The position numbers and the translations under genes are program-made. This document shows, in pieces, positions 17,154 to 26,454 of a stretch of DNA of 53,873 nt (its first letter is position 1; each line of letters opens with the position of its first letter). The stretch comes from a virus (lineage: Duplodnaviria > Caudoviricetes): positions 1 to 53,873 of the IMG/VR virus record IMGVR_UViG_3300004805_000008; one strand, given 5' to 3'. The notes beneath the pieces are model-generated. The model was given only the letters and a program-made list of their open reading frames with translations. It did not search any database and was not told where the DNA came from.

Positions 17154-19094
17154 ATGGCTATCACAACCAATCGTAACTTATTCACGGCAATTTCAAAATT
17201 GTTTCAGAACAGTAAAAGTAACGAGTTTACTGCAAGAACCTCTATAGATTCCGTTTTAGCGGCTACCACTAGAGAGATTGCACCTACTCCAATTATTGAA
17301 CCTACTGTCATCTCGAACAAGGGAGTTGGACACGGATCTGTCTTTACTGAGGACGGTGTAGGTAAAAATTATCACAAATATCTTGAGCGTGAAGCCTTAC
17401 GACACTCTCGTTATGGTATGTATGATAGAATGGATGCCGACCTCGTAGCTTCGGCTCTTGACGTATATGCTAATGAGTCTACACAAAAGAATGATCGTGG
17501 TAAGGTTATCGGTGTCTTCTCTCCTTCTCGCTATATACAGGATGAACTCACTGATCTGCTTAACGATACTGGTATCAACAATTCTCGTAGCTGGTCTATC
17601 CTCAGAAGCATGTGTAAGTATGGTGACCACTTCTGTGCTTTGAAACTCGACTCTATTCGTGGTGTCGTAGAACTAATGGATCTAGACCAAGTTTCCGTAT
17701 ATCGCCTTGAGCGTCTTGGTAAGCTTGAGGGATATATTCAGGATCTGGACATTTTAAAGAGTCAGGTTCAGCAGGGTAACATCACCTCGGGTGGAGCTAA
17801 CCCTTATATCACTCTTAATACTCTCTCATTGCCCTACCTTACTGGCGACTCCTCCATCTCCCAGGATGACGAATCTCTTGTAATGTTCTTAAAGTATGAA
17901 CTGGCTCACTTTAGACTTCGTGGTAAGGGCGCTTTCATGCCCTACGGATCTTCGGTACTTGATTCGGCTGTGGATGTTTGGAAGAAACTAGACCTTCTAT
18001 TCGACTCACTCATCATTTATCGCTTAAATCGTGCTCCTACCCGCCTAGTTTTCTATGTCGATGTGGGCAATAACCAAGGCGCTGATGCAGAAAACATAGT
18101 TAAACGCCAGATTAATGCCATCAATAAGAAGGAATACTTCTCAAATGGCAAGCTGAATGAGCGTTATCAACTATTAGACATGAATGCCAACCTCTTTATT
18201 CCCATGGGTAAGGGTTCACAGTCTAAGGTAGACCTCTTAAACGGTGTTCAAAACATCGGAGATATTGAAGACGTGGCTTTCTTAAACAATCGCCTCTTCA
18301 GTGCTCTCAAAGTACCCAAGGCATTCTTAGGGTTTGAGGGTGACGTATCTTCAAAGGGCATGTTATCCCAGCAGAACGTTACTTTCGGTAAGGCTATTCA
18401 GAATATCCAAGAAGACTACCTAGAGACGATAAAGAATATCTGCTTGATCCATCTGGCTATTCGTGGCATCTCTAATGTTGATGAGATTAAGTCATTCGAT
18501 CTAGTCATGACTCGCCCTTCTTATATTGAAGAGAAGGCCAAGACTGAATTAGAAGCCGCTGCCGTAAATCTCGCAGGTCAATTCAGAGGCTTTGGTGTCA
18601 ATACTAGATGGATTGCCAAGAATATCCTTCATAGAACCGAAGGCGAAATTATAGAAATGTTCAAGCCAGATGATCTACTCCCAGCCCAGCCCAGTATGGA
18701 AGGCGGCATGGGTGGTGGAGGTGGCATGCCTATGGGTGATATGGGAACTGACTTCGGCACTCCTGATATGGGTGGAGGTGCTCCTCCTGATATGGGTGGA
18801 GGTGCTCCTCCGATGGGTCCCGCTGGTCCTGCTCCTATTGCTCTTCCCGGTGCTCCAGTCCAAGGTGGTGCTCCACTAGTTCAGTCTCGCCACACTGAGG
18901 GTGAGTTACTAGTAGAACACAACCATACCATCCTCTCTGCTACCTCAATAAAACTAGAGCTAAAAGAATACATTGCTTTAATTAAGGAAAATGGGATTGT
19001 AACTCCAACAGATTCAGCACAATCTTTTGGTATCCCATTAGTCGAAGTGAAAAATTTACAACTGACAGAACCAGAAGCTATCTTTTTAGATTAA
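17154..19094 (+). CDS. gp20: Portal protein, T4 gp20-like
   Basis: ASALDVYANEST, PYGSSVL, LIIYRLNRAPTRLVFYVDVGN, IGDIEDV, ALKVPKAFL; Gly/Pro-rich tail. Confidence 0.95.
   Translation: MAITTNRNLFTAISKLFQNSKSNEFTARTSIDSVLAATTREIAPTPIIEPTVISNKGVGHGSVFTEDGVGKNYHKYLEREALRHSRYGMYDRMDADLVASALDVYANESTQKNDRGKVIGVFSPSRYIQDELTDLLNDTGINNSRSWSILRSMCKYGDHFCALKLDSIRGVVELMDLDQVSVYRLERLGKLEGYIQDLDILKSQVQQGNITSGGANPYITLNTLSLPYLTGDSSISQDDESLVMFLKYELAHFRLRGKGAFMPYGSSVLDSAVDVWKKLDLLFDSLIIYRLNRAPTRLVFYVDVGNNQGADAENIVKRQINAINKKEYFSNGKLNERYQLLDMNANLFIPMGKGSQSKVDLLNGVQNIGDIEDVAFLNNRLFSALKVPKAFLGFEGDVSSKGMLSQQNVTFGKAIQNIQEDYLETIKNICLIHLAIRGISNVDEIKSFDLVMTRPSYIEEKAKTELEAAAVNLAGQFRGFGVNTRWIAKNILHRTEGEIIEMFKPDDLLPAQPSMEGGMGGGGGMPMGDMGTDFGTPDMGGGAPPDMGGGAPPMGPAGPAPIALPGAPVQGGAPLVQSRHTEGELLVEHNHTILSATSIKLELKEYIALIKENGIVTPTDSAQSFGIPLVEVKNLQLTEPEAIFLD
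18762..18809 (+). repeat. 24-bp tandem repeat x2 encoding PDMGGGAP
   Basis: CCTGATATGGGTGGAGGTGCTCCT twice. Confidence 0.85.
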
Positions 19095-19101
19095 TTTTAC
19101 G

Positions 19102-19108
19102 TAATTAA
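19102..19108 (+). promoter_or_regulatory. Putative late promoter TAATTAA
   Basis: Intergenic, before 19142. Confidence 0.7.
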
Positions 19109-19141
19109 ATTTTGAATCTCTTTTAAATAGGGTTTTTACTC

Positions 19142-20515
19142 ATGAAGCTAAATAATCTACTCAGTGTTCTTCGTGGCGGCAACTTAGCACTCGGTCAGAA
19201 GTTACACAACCTCCTAACAGAAGACTGTGTAATTCTTGAATATACAGATGATGCAGTATTATTTCACAAGAATAATCATCTAGTATTAGCCAAGTTTAAG
19301 CATAATCTCTCCGAATCCAGACTATCCGCCGAGGATGTTCTAGATAACGAAGTTTTATACGTTTCCGGGACGGATGCCGAAAAGGATCTCAAAAATTCTA
19401 TGCTATCTATTGTAGATAGCCTAGTAGAAGAGAACTATGTATCCGCTGAGGAGGAACTGGCTCATTTCTGTGAGCAGTACTTCCAATATTCCCTGTTAAA
19501 GAGACGATATCCTTCGCTGTTTACAGAGAACCTCGCTAAGAAGTCAAAGGGATTGGCCGTTAGACGTGCCGCTGCAAAGCAAATTCCCTCGTTCCGTTCT
19601 GACATTTTTAGTTTAGCTACTATTAATGAGTCAGTTATGGACGCTTCCGAATATGTTTCCGTTGTAGAGACTACTGGTTTAGTGTTGGCCTTAGGCAAGA
19701 AGAAGATTCTTCCTATCGTATTAGATGCTCTCCTAGGCAACCAGGAATTAGCCGAGCAGATTACTACTCGTCTATATGACACTGTTACTTCACTAACTGA
19801 AGCAAATAAAGATCTAATGGGTCTAGTATCCTCTGGCTATGATGTAGAGGGCGGCAAGTTTGCTGATGAAGACGAAGAGGATCTAGAGAACGAAGACCTA
19901 GAAGTTGGTGAAGACGAGGATAGTGACCTTGACTTAGATGACCTAGATAGTGAAAATGAAGAGGGTTCAGAAGTTGGTGAGTTCTCAGAATTCGATCCTT
20001 CAAAGTTAAGTGACGAGGAAATTAAGACTCTTCATGTTGATATTTTGAAGTCTTTCCTTGGTGCAATGAGTGAGTTCGTTGGTCGTGAAGCCAGCAACCC
20101 TGAGAATGACGCTGTTGATCCCGATCTTGATGAGAAGCTTAAAGAAGATCTAGACAAGCTTGATGAACTTGATGTTACTGATGAAGAGCTCTCACGTATT
20201 GAAGCTGATTGGCAGCCTGTTCTTTCCTTCTTCCTTGATTCTGACCTCTATAAGTCCGATCAGGATCTTGGTGATGATGAAGTCTCACTTGAGAATGTAG
20301 TTGACGGCGGTGAAGACGTTGATTTAGAGGGTTCCGGCGAAGATGAGTCAATGGAAACTCCTGAAGAGGAAGCTACGGAAACTCCTGAAGAGGAAGCTAT
20401 GGAAGACTCAGAAGGACTGGAAGAGCCCCTACCTGAAGAAGAGCCCCTACCCGCTGAGGAAGAGGAATTACCTCCCGCTCCCCGTCCAGCCCGTAAGCCT
20501 GCTCTCAGAGTATAA
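19142..20515 (+). CDS. Probable prohead core protein (very acidic C-terminal half)
   Basis: Between portal and protease; many [LI]-x-E sites; ETPEEEA repeat at about 20353-20399. Confidence 0.65.
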   Translation: MKLNNLLSVLRGGNLALGQKLHNLLTEDCVILEYTDDAVLFHKNNHLVLAKFKHNLSESRLSAEDVLDNEVLYVSGTDAEKDLKNSMLSIVDSLVEENYVSAEEELAHFCEQYFQYSLLKRRYPSLFTENLAKKSKGLAVRRAAAKQIPSFRSDIFSLATINESVMDASEYVSVVETTGLVLALGKKKILPIVLDALLGNQELAEQITTRLYDTVTSLTEANKDLMGLVSSGYDVEGGKFADEDEEDLENEDLEVGEDEDSDLDLDDLDSENEEGSEVGEFSEFDPSKLSDEEIKTLHVDILKSFLGAMSEFVGREASNPENDAVDPDLDEKLKEDLDKLDELDVTDEELSRIEADWQPVLSFFLDSDLYKSDQDLGDDEVSLENVVDGGEDVDLEGSGEDESMETPEEEATETPEEEAMEDSEGLEEPLPEEEPLPAEEEELPPAPRPARKPALRV

Positions 20516-20523
20516 GGAATAAC

Positions 20524-21165
20524 ATGGCCTCCTTTCTATTAAATGAGTTAACCTCTACTACTAGTAATTTTGAAGTACTAGAAGAGAAGATTTCTCCTAC
20601 ATCCTCTTGGAAAAGCCTTAAAATTAGAGGCGTGTTTCAGAGAGCTGATGCAAAGAATCAGAATGGTAGAATCTATCCTTATAAGGTACTAGACAAGGCC
20701 ATTCAAGAAGTAAACGAAAGTCTCAGTGCTAGAAATATGTTTGGTGAGTTGGATCATCCTAGCGATCAAAGTCCAACTGTATCTCTCAAGAACGTCAGTC
20801 ATGTTGTTACTACCCTGAGATTCCAAGGTAGCGATCTGATTGGTGAAGCTGTAGTATTCGATGATCCCGGTCCCTCTGGAACGCCAGGCGGTAGATTACT
20901 GGGTGCTTTAATTCGCAATAACTGTACGGTAGGTATCTCAAGCAGAGGTTACGGTGCTGTTAATAGTGACTACGATGGTTCTTCGATAGTGGAAGAGTAT
21001 AAGTTAGTGACTTTTGATTGTGTTCATGATCCCAGCACACACAAGGCGTTTATTGAGCCTGTCAATGAAGGAACTGACTTCAAGCGTAAGTTAAAACAGG
21101 CGCTTGATGAAAAAGAATTCATTGAACATCTTAGAAATGAATTTTCGTCAATATTTAAAAAGTAA
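20524..21165 (+). CDS. gp21: Prohead protease, T4 gp21-like
   Basis: GVFQRADAKNQNGRIYP, GELDHP, VGISSRGYG, FDCVHDPS. Confidence 0.95.
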   Translation: MASFLLNELTSTTSNFEVLEEKISPTSSWKSLKIRGVFQRADAKNQNGRIYPYKVLDKAIQEVNESLSARNMFGELDHPSDQSPTVSLKNVSHVVTTLRFQGSDLIGEAVVFDDPGPSGTPGGRLLGALIRNNCTVGISSRGYGAVNSDYDGSSIVEEYKLVTFDCVHDPSTHKAFIEPVNEGTDFKRKLKQALDEKEFIEHLRNEFSSIFKK

Positions 21166-21169
21166 TTAA
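21163..21169 (+). promoter_or_regulatory. Putative late promoter TAATTAA
   Basis: Overlaps the protease stop; before the scaffold gene. Confidence 0.65.
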
Positions 21170-21187
21170 CTTTTGTAGGTGTCCAAT

Positions 21188-22030
21188 ATGAATATACAAG
21201 AAATCAAGGAATTACTAGCCAACCCTGCCGTACGACAGGTCGTTGAGGAACAAATCAACGAACAAGTCAAAGCCAAGCAGCTTGAGTTAGACAAGAAGAT
21301 GAACGGCTTGGCACAGGATGTCAAGAAGCGTGAAAAGGAATCCTTCTTACTAAAGAAGACTATTCTTGCTAAGGCTAATCTTTTCGAATCGAAGCTTAAG
21401 GAATACTATGAATCAAAATTCCAAGAAGCCAAGAAGAAGCTTACTAAGGAAACTTATGACTTTATCAATGAGTCTGTTGCTTCCGTAGTAAAGAAGATTG
21501 AGCTAGATGCCAAGGATAACACAAAGGCTGCAAAACTTGAGGAAGCTTTCTCACAGGCCATGCGTAGTCTTGTTCCTTTTGTAAATGTCAACGAACTGAC
21601 TGAGTCTAATTCGTCTAAGATCGATGAACTGACTAAGAGAGTAAATGATCTTATCAAGGAAAATAAGCAACTAACTGGCAAAGCCTTCAATGGTGAGCTT
21701 CATGAGTTAGTAGTATCCGAATGTGCGGGTTATCCGGTCGACAAGATGGCCGTTATCTATAGAACCGTCACTAAGATGGCTCCCAAGACTTTAGTCGAAG
21801 GCAAGCAAGCAATTGATGCCGTTAAGGTCGCACTAAAGCAGAAGCAAGATGAAGCTGCTCAGATTAATGAATCTGCTGCTAGACAAACCGAAGTAAAGGA
21901 AACTGCTCCTGCCCGTGCTCGTCTTAAGGTAATGGCAGAAGACATTAAGAAAAAGGAAGCTAAAGCCGTAGTTGAGGAAAAGGCTTCCATGGTAAGTGCT
22001 GGCAGTTACGACATTTACTTAGGCGAATAA
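21188..22030 (+). CDS. Prohead scaffold protein, gp22-like
   Basis: Coiled-coil with many [LI]-x-E sites, between protease and MCP; ATG 21188 has an AGGTG RBS (track start 21179). Confidence 0.8.
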   Translation: MNIQEIKELLANPAVRQVVEEQINEQVKAKQLELDKKMNGLAQDVKKREKESFLLKKTILAKANLFESKLKEYYESKFQEAKKKLTKETYDFINESVASVVKKIELDAKDNTKAAKLEEAFSQAMRSLVPFVNVNELTESNSSKIDELTKRVNDLIKENKQLTGKAFNGELHELVVSECAGYPVDKMAVIYRTVTKMAPKTLVEGKQAIDAVKVALKQKQDEAAQINESAARQTEVKETAPARARLKVMAEDIKKKEAKAVVEEKASMVSAGSYDIYLGE

Positions 22031-22062
22031 AATAATCTGTTCTAACTTCAACAAAAAAACAA

Positions 22063-22069
22063 TAATTAA
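22063..22069 (+). promoter_or_regulatory. Putative late promoter TAATTAA (MCP)
   Basis: TAATTAA-CTTT-A, upstream A-tract, downstream AGGAG RBS. Confidence 0.72.
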
Positions 22070-22091
22070 CTTTATCAGGAGATAACCATAA

Positions 22092-23741
22092 ATGTTTAAC
22101 AATCCCGGAAATTTAGAACCCCTACATGAGGAAACAGTTCGTAAGATTCTTGCTCGTGACGAAGAGGCCGCTAAGAAGGCTGGTAAGGCTTCCTTCTGGA
22201 AGACTTTCAACGAGAATCTTGAGGGCGTAATTGGCGATAAGGACTTCCGTAACACCGTTCTACTTCACGCTGTTAAGTCCCTTCAGTACGCTTCACGTCA
22301 GAATCCTTTGATGGAAGCCACCACTACCTCAGCTACTTCAGCTGGTGGTTACAACAAGGCCATGCTTCCCACCATCATCACCCGTGTATTCCCCCAGATC
22401 GTTGCTACTAAGTTCATTGCAACTCGTCAGCTAGACGTTCCTACCCAGCTCATCCAGACCTTCCGCTTAAGCCGTAACACCACTAAGGGTGCTACTACTT
22501 CCGGCGATGAGTTCTTCGATCCCAGCCTGTACAAGAATCGTCCTGACACTGGCACCAAGCAGTACAAGGAAATGGCCCGTGGTATGGATGCTTTCTACTC
22601 CAGCCAGAAGGTAACTGAAGCAGTTGCCACCGCCGTTGCTGCTACTACCGCCGTTTCAAAGGCTCTGACCTTTGCTACTAACGCCTCCACTGGTGACGCT
22701 CTCGTTGCTAACAGCATCGTTGTTTACGCTGTAAGCAATATTGATCCCCGTAACCGTGTTGCCGTTGCTCACCAGACCGCTGCTGGCACTCTTTCAGCTA
22801 TCACTGGCTTCACTGGTGTTGGTACCGTCACTGGCGCTACTCCTACCTATACTCCTGCCGCTGGTGATACTACTGATACGACTGGTGCTATCCCTGCTTA
22901 CCTTATCGGTCTCGGTGGCACTGGCATTATTGGTTTCGCTACTTGGCACTATGAGTTTGAGTACCAGTACAACCAGGAACGCAATAAGAATCTCTCCGAG
23001 ATTTCATTCAAGATGAGCACCATCAATGCAGTAGCTAAGAGCCGCAAGAACTTCGCCCAGATCTCTGCCGAAGCCATTCAGGATCTCGAAGCTTACTCAG
23101 AAGGCAAGCTTGATGCACTGAAGGAGCTAGTCTCAGGTATGACTGAGTCCATGGCCCTTGAAATTGACCTTGAAATCATGCTCGCCATGATGAGCACCGC
23201 TGGCAAGACTTCCGTCTATGATGCCAAGTACGGTGACAACAAGTTCCGTGGTACCACCATGCAGAAGAACCAAGAGCTCGTTCACCGTATGAATTACCTT
23301 TCAAACGACATGAGCATCGACTTCCTCCGTGGTGAGGGCATGTTCGCCATCACTCATCCTCACGTGTTCACTCTCCTCCAGAACACCAATGAGTTCAAGA
23401 TGACTTCGCTCAACGACCACAAGGCCCAGGGCAACTTCGACATCCAGGCCGAGAAGTTTGGTACCGTAAACAACTTCACCGTTGCTAAGGCTCCTCAGTT
23501 CCCCTTCTCTGATCGTATTCTGATGGGCTTCACCTCCAAGGATCTAGCTAAGGCTCCCTATGCTTACTTCCCCTTCGTGACTTACCTCACCCCTCCCTCA
23601 ATCGACGTGATGAGCGGCGACCTCTTCAGTTCAGTGGTCGGTCTACAACAGCGTTACGATCACCAGCCTCTACTTGATGGTGATAAGGGTCTTGGCGTTC
23701 TTACCGTCAACAACCTCTACGACACTTCAGTATACGGTTGA
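22092..23741 (+). CDS. gp23: Major capsid protein, T4 gp23-like
   Basis: LPTIITRVFPQIVA, AKSRK...SAEAIQDLEAY, MALEIDLEI, YAYFPFV, GLQQRY; strong C-ending codon bias; probable propeptide cut at LME75|A. Confidence 0.95.
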   Translation: MFNNPGNLEPLHEETVRKILARDEEAAKKAGKASFWKTFNENLEGVIGDKDFRNTVLLHAVKSLQYASRQNPLMEATTTSATSAGGYNKAMLPTIITRVFPQIVATKFIATRQLDVPTQLIQTFRLSRNTTKGATTSGDEFFDPSLYKNRPDTGTKQYKEMARGMDAFYSSQKVTEAVATAVAATTAVSKALTFATNASTGDALVANSIVVYAVSNIDPRNRVAVAHQTAAGTLSAITGFTGVGTVTGATPTYTPAAGDTTDTTGAIPAYLIGLGGTGIIGFATWHYEFEYQYNQERNKNLSEISFKMSTINAVAKSRKNFAQISAEAIQDLEAYSEGKLDALKELVSGMTESMALEIDLEIMLAMMSTAGKTSVYDAKYGDNKFRGTTMQKNQELVHRMNYLSNDMSIDFLRGEGMFAITHPHVFTLLQNTNEFKMTSLNDHKAQGNFDIQAEKFGTVNNFTVAKAPQFPFSDRILMGFTSKDLAKAPYAYFPFVTYLTPPSIDVMSGDLFSSVVGLQQRYDHQPLLDGDKGLGVLTVNNLYDTSVYG

Positions 23742-23760
23742 TCGTAGTAAGCAAGTAATT

Positions 23761-23794
23761 AAAGAGGGCCTGAGAAATTGGGCCCTCTTTTTTT
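23761..23794 (+). terminator. Intrinsic terminator after MCP
   Basis: AAAGAGGGCC...GGCCCTCTTT-TTTT. Confidence 0.88.
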
Positions 23795-23796
23795 AT

Positions 23797-23803
23797 TAAT
23801 TAA
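23797..23803 (+). promoter_or_regulatory. Putative late promoter TAATTAA
   Basis: Directly after the MCP terminator; TAATTAA-ATAT-ACAGG. Confidence 0.7.
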
Positions 23804-23818
23804 ATATACAGGTGCTTA

Positions 23819-24310
23819 ATGACTAAACCCACTATATTTACTCAGATTAACGAGGCCTATAGTTCTATGACTAATCCTTCCGATGTATTGAAGGAAGGCC
23901 AGGACTTCCTTGGCGCTGTACCGGCTCCTATTGTTGGTTCCGATCCTAGAACTAGACCTTTATCTCAGGAAGATGAAAATATTCCAGATGAGCAAGAGGA
24001 TCCTACAGTACATGACGATATACTCTCCTCTTTTGATTCCATTTTCGAAAAGCAATTTTCACAGGCTCAAAAGAATGTTCTTCGTAATCGATTAGCTGGA
24101 AAAAGTAGAGCAATGATAGCAAAGCAATTCAATACTACTACACATGCTATTTATGTAATTGAAAAATCTATTATAGAACTTCTACAATCAGCTCTATCAA
24201 AAGAATTTCCACACCTAAATCGAGTCACTAATCCTAGTTTACTGGGGTTGAACGATACCTCCAGAAAAGCTAGACCAGCAAGAGTCTCCACCATAGATTT
24301 ACCTGAATAA
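23819..24310 (+). CDS. Protein with a sigma70 region-4-like HTH
   Basis: FSQAQKNVLRNRLAGKSRAMIAKQFNTTTHAIYVIEKSIIELL; N-terminal INE|A and LKE|G. Confidence 0.7.
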   Translation: MTKPTIFTQINEAYSSMTNPSDVLKEGQDFLGAVPAPIVGSDPRTRPLSQEDENIPDEQEDPTVHDDILSSFDSIFEKQFSQAQKNVLRNRLAGKSRAMIAKQFNTTTHAIYVIEKSIIELLQSALSKEFPHLNRVTNPSLLGLNDTSRKARPARVSTIDLPE

Positions 24311-24313
24311 CCC

Positions 24314-24340
24314 TACGCTTTCCATCTAAATGGCCGATAC
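24314..24340 (+). promoter_or_regulatory. Putative sigma28-like promoter for HNH and dNMP kinase
   Basis: (C)TACG-N15-GCCGATAC(T). Confidence 0.62.
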
Positions 24341-24364
24341 TACTATAAATAGGGTATCGGCCAT
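24330..24364 (+). promoter_or_regulatory. RBS-occluding hairpin before the HNH gene
   Basis: ATGGCCGATAC / GTATCGGCCAT, a perfect 11-bp inverted repeat ending 1 nt before ATG 24365. Confidence 0.8.
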
Positions 24365-24919
24365 ATGATTTATAGGATTGGTAAAATATACGGACTACTC
24401 AAGGTTTTAGCACTCGACACTACGAAAAAGAGACGCTCTTTTCATTGTCAGTGTTCATGTGGTAATATGCTGTCAGTTAGAAGCACGGATTTCATGAGAA
24501 CTACCTCTTGCGGTTGTTTAGTCCGAGAACTTAGACTAAAGAAAAAAGAGAATAACCCCAGTACTTGCTTTGGCTCTAAGAGAGAGCGACTGTTCTACTA
24601 CAAAGCGACTCGTAATCTATTTGAAGAGATCCGCCATAGAGATAATCACCATTGCGTATTCTGTAGTGCTGAGACTAACCTTCACGTTCATCATATATTA
24701 AGAAAAGGTCAGTATCCTCAGTATCGTTTATGTCCAGAGAATCTAGTTACCTTATGTGAGAAATGCCATCTCTGGTCTGCTCACGGTGGAAATACTAGTA
24801 CTTGTGATATAGATATTGCAAATGAATTATTACACATAGTATTCGACAACTCTCGAACTTATACTGTAAACCCATTAGTTATTAAAGCAACACTTGAGTC
24901 CTTTAAGGGAGTTTTATGA
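24365..24919 (+). CDS. HNH homing endonuclease
   Basis: N-terminal CQCSCG...SCGC; RDNHHCVFC, LHVHHI, ENLVTLCEKCH. Confidence 0.88.
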   Translation: MIYRIGKIYGLLKVLALDTTKKRRSFHCQCSCGNMLSVRSTDFMRTTSCGCLVRELRLKKKENNPSTCFGSKRERLFYYKATRNLFEEIRHRDNHHCVFCSAETNLHVHHILRKGQYPQYRLCPENLVTLCEKCHLWSAHGGNTSTCDIDIANELLHIVFDNSRTYTVNPLVIKATLESFKGVL

Positions 24920-25620
24920 GTTCAATCATTATGCCATCAGCCCGAAATAGTAATAGTTTGAGAATAGCGTTTTCTGGTAAGATGAGAAGTGGTAAGGAAG
25001 AAGCGATGAAGTTTCTAAATGAGAAGTATTTTGGCCACGCAGCCTTTGGTATTAACTTTGCAGATCCTCTTTATACCTTATGTAACACTGTTCAGGCTTA
25101 TTGTGGATTCCCTGTAGAGAAGGATAGAGGTCTTCTTCAGTTCCTTGGTACGGATTACGGTAGAGCAAAGGATCCTGATGTATGGATCAAGAAGCTTTTT
25201 GCTGATATTGAGTGTTACCATAGAGATAAGACTGTTATGATTGGTGATGCTAGATTTGCTAATGAGATGGATGCTTGTCGAGAAAGAAAGATTCCAGTCA
25301 TTAAGATTGAAGCAAGCGATGAAGTTAGATTAGCAAGAGGCGCTGATAGGGATAAACTTCACCACTCTTCTGAACTGGATATGGATACCTATGAGAACTA
25401 CGACTTCATAGTTGAGAACAATGGCAGTTTAGTTGAGTTTCACGCTAAGTTGGATATTCTTTTTGGGGATATTCTTTCCCTCGTAACTAATATGGTTAGA
25501 CCCGCACAAACTAATGCCGCCGGATCTCCATTAAAGATAGAACTAATTGATGAAGTACTTGCTCAAAGCGGTATTTCTTCGGGTGTTCGTATTACTGCCA
25601 GCGGTTTGTATTTACCCTGA
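24916..25620 (+). CDS. Deoxynucleoside monophosphate kinase (T4 gp1-like)
   Basis: FSGKMRSGK P-loop, FADPL, RGLLQFLGTDYGR, DVWI, DARFANE, HSSE. Confidence 0.9.
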   Translation: MSSIIMPSARNSNSLRIAFSGKMRSGKEEAMKFLNEKYFGHAAFGINFADPLYTLCNTVQAYCGFPVEKDRGLLQFLGTDYGRAKDPDVWIKKLFADIECYHRDKTVMIGDARFANEMDACRERKIPVIKIEASDEVRLARGADRDKLHHSSELDMDTYENYDFIVENNGSLVEFHAKLDILFGDILSLVTNMVRPAQTNAAGSPLKIELIDEVLAQSGISSGVRITASGLYLP

Positions 25621-25630
25621 TTAAATAGGT

Positions 25631-25637
25631 TAATTAA
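25631..25637 (+). promoter_or_regulatory. Putative late promoter TAATTAA (leaderless start)
   Basis: TAATTAA-GTTT-ATG. Confidence 0.62.
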
Positions 25638-25641
25638 GTTT

Positions 25642-25809
25642 ATGGCGAAACCTAAGAAAAAGCTAACTAAAAATGAATTATACAAGGCCATGAAAGGGAC
25701 TAAGTCTCCCGCTCATGCCACTAAGGTCATTCCGAATAAGAAGAAACACAACGCCAAACCTGGAATCGTTGTTCAGTTCGATAATTCGGATATTGGTATC
25801 GGTGATTAA
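25642..25809 (+). CDS. Small basic protein (55 aa), not in the ORF track
   Basis: MAKPKKKLTKNELYKAMKGTKSPAHATKVIPNKKKHNAKPGIVVQFDNSDIGIGD; fills the gap after a promoter motif. Confidence 0.7.
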   Translation: MAKPKKKLTKNELYKAMKGTKSPAHATKVIPNKKKHNAKPGIVVQFDNSDIGIGD

Positions 25810-25851
25810 TTGTGCCGGACAGTCAGCGATTGGATGTCGTATAAACAAAAT

Positions 25852-25858
25852 GAATTAA
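25852..25858 (+). promoter_or_regulatory. Putative late promoter GAATTAA (tube)
   Basis: GAATTAA-TTGT-A. Confidence 0.65.
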
Positions 25859-25925
25859 TTGTAGTGGTTTAATAATAGTTATTGCCCCGTTTCAGTAGTT
25901 CAAACACCTAGAAGGAGTAACACAT

Positions 25926-26432
25926 ATGTCTGAAAGGCTCATGGGTTGGACGTCAAATGTCCAACTGCCCAAAGCACTTAACCGTTTCGAAGTTTTATTC
26001 TCTGACGATGACCTTCGTCTAACTTGCCACAGCGCAACCATTCCAAACTTTACTGTCGGTGAGACTCCTATCGCTCGTATGCATAATGTATACAAGGTAG
26101 CTGGCGCACAGATTAAGTTTGAAAAGGTCGACTTCAAGTTCTACGACTTCGTTGACAATAAGGCTGGCAAGAAGATTGATGATTGGTGGAAGCAAGTTTA
26201 TAATATCAACACTTCTTTAATGGGCTTTCCTGGCCAGTATAAGAGAAACCTTACCCTTCTGATGTATGGTCCTGACCACTCAGTAGTTGAAAGTTGGTTG
26301 TTAGTTGGTTGCTTCCCTACCAGTATTACTCGTCAGCCCCTTGATTGGAAGACTGGCGATGCTGTGCAGGAAGTATCGCTCTCGGTTTCAATTGACGAAG
26401 CCAAGTTAGTACTCTCTGGATCAGCTACTTAA
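25926..26432 (+). CDS. gp19: Tail tube protein, T4 gp19-like
   Basis: NRFEVLF, SATIP, KVAG, YKRNLTLLMYGP...VVESWLLVGCFPT, LDW; AAGGAG RBS. Confidence 0.9.
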   Translation: MSERLMGWTSNVQLPKALNRFEVLFSDDDLRLTCHSATIPNFTVGETPIARMHNVYKVAGAQIKFEKVDFKFYDFVDNKAGKKIDDWWKQVYNINTSLMGFPGQYKRNLTLLMYGPDHSVVESWLLVGCFPTSITRQPLDWKTGDAVQEVSLSVSIDEAKLVLSGSAT

Positions 26433-26454
26433 GCATATGAATTCTTTTGAAGAC

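Noticed and set aside
18762-20399. 24-bp tandem repeats in the portal and core genes as CRISPR or DGR elements
   Set aside because: Two in-frame copies without spacers, encoding low-complexity linkers; no cas or reverse-transcriptase gene present
25810-25925. Possible ncRNA or tRNA in the gap before the tube gene
   Set aside because: Only weak 4-bp stems and no cloverleaf or T-loop signature; explained by a late promoter plus leader
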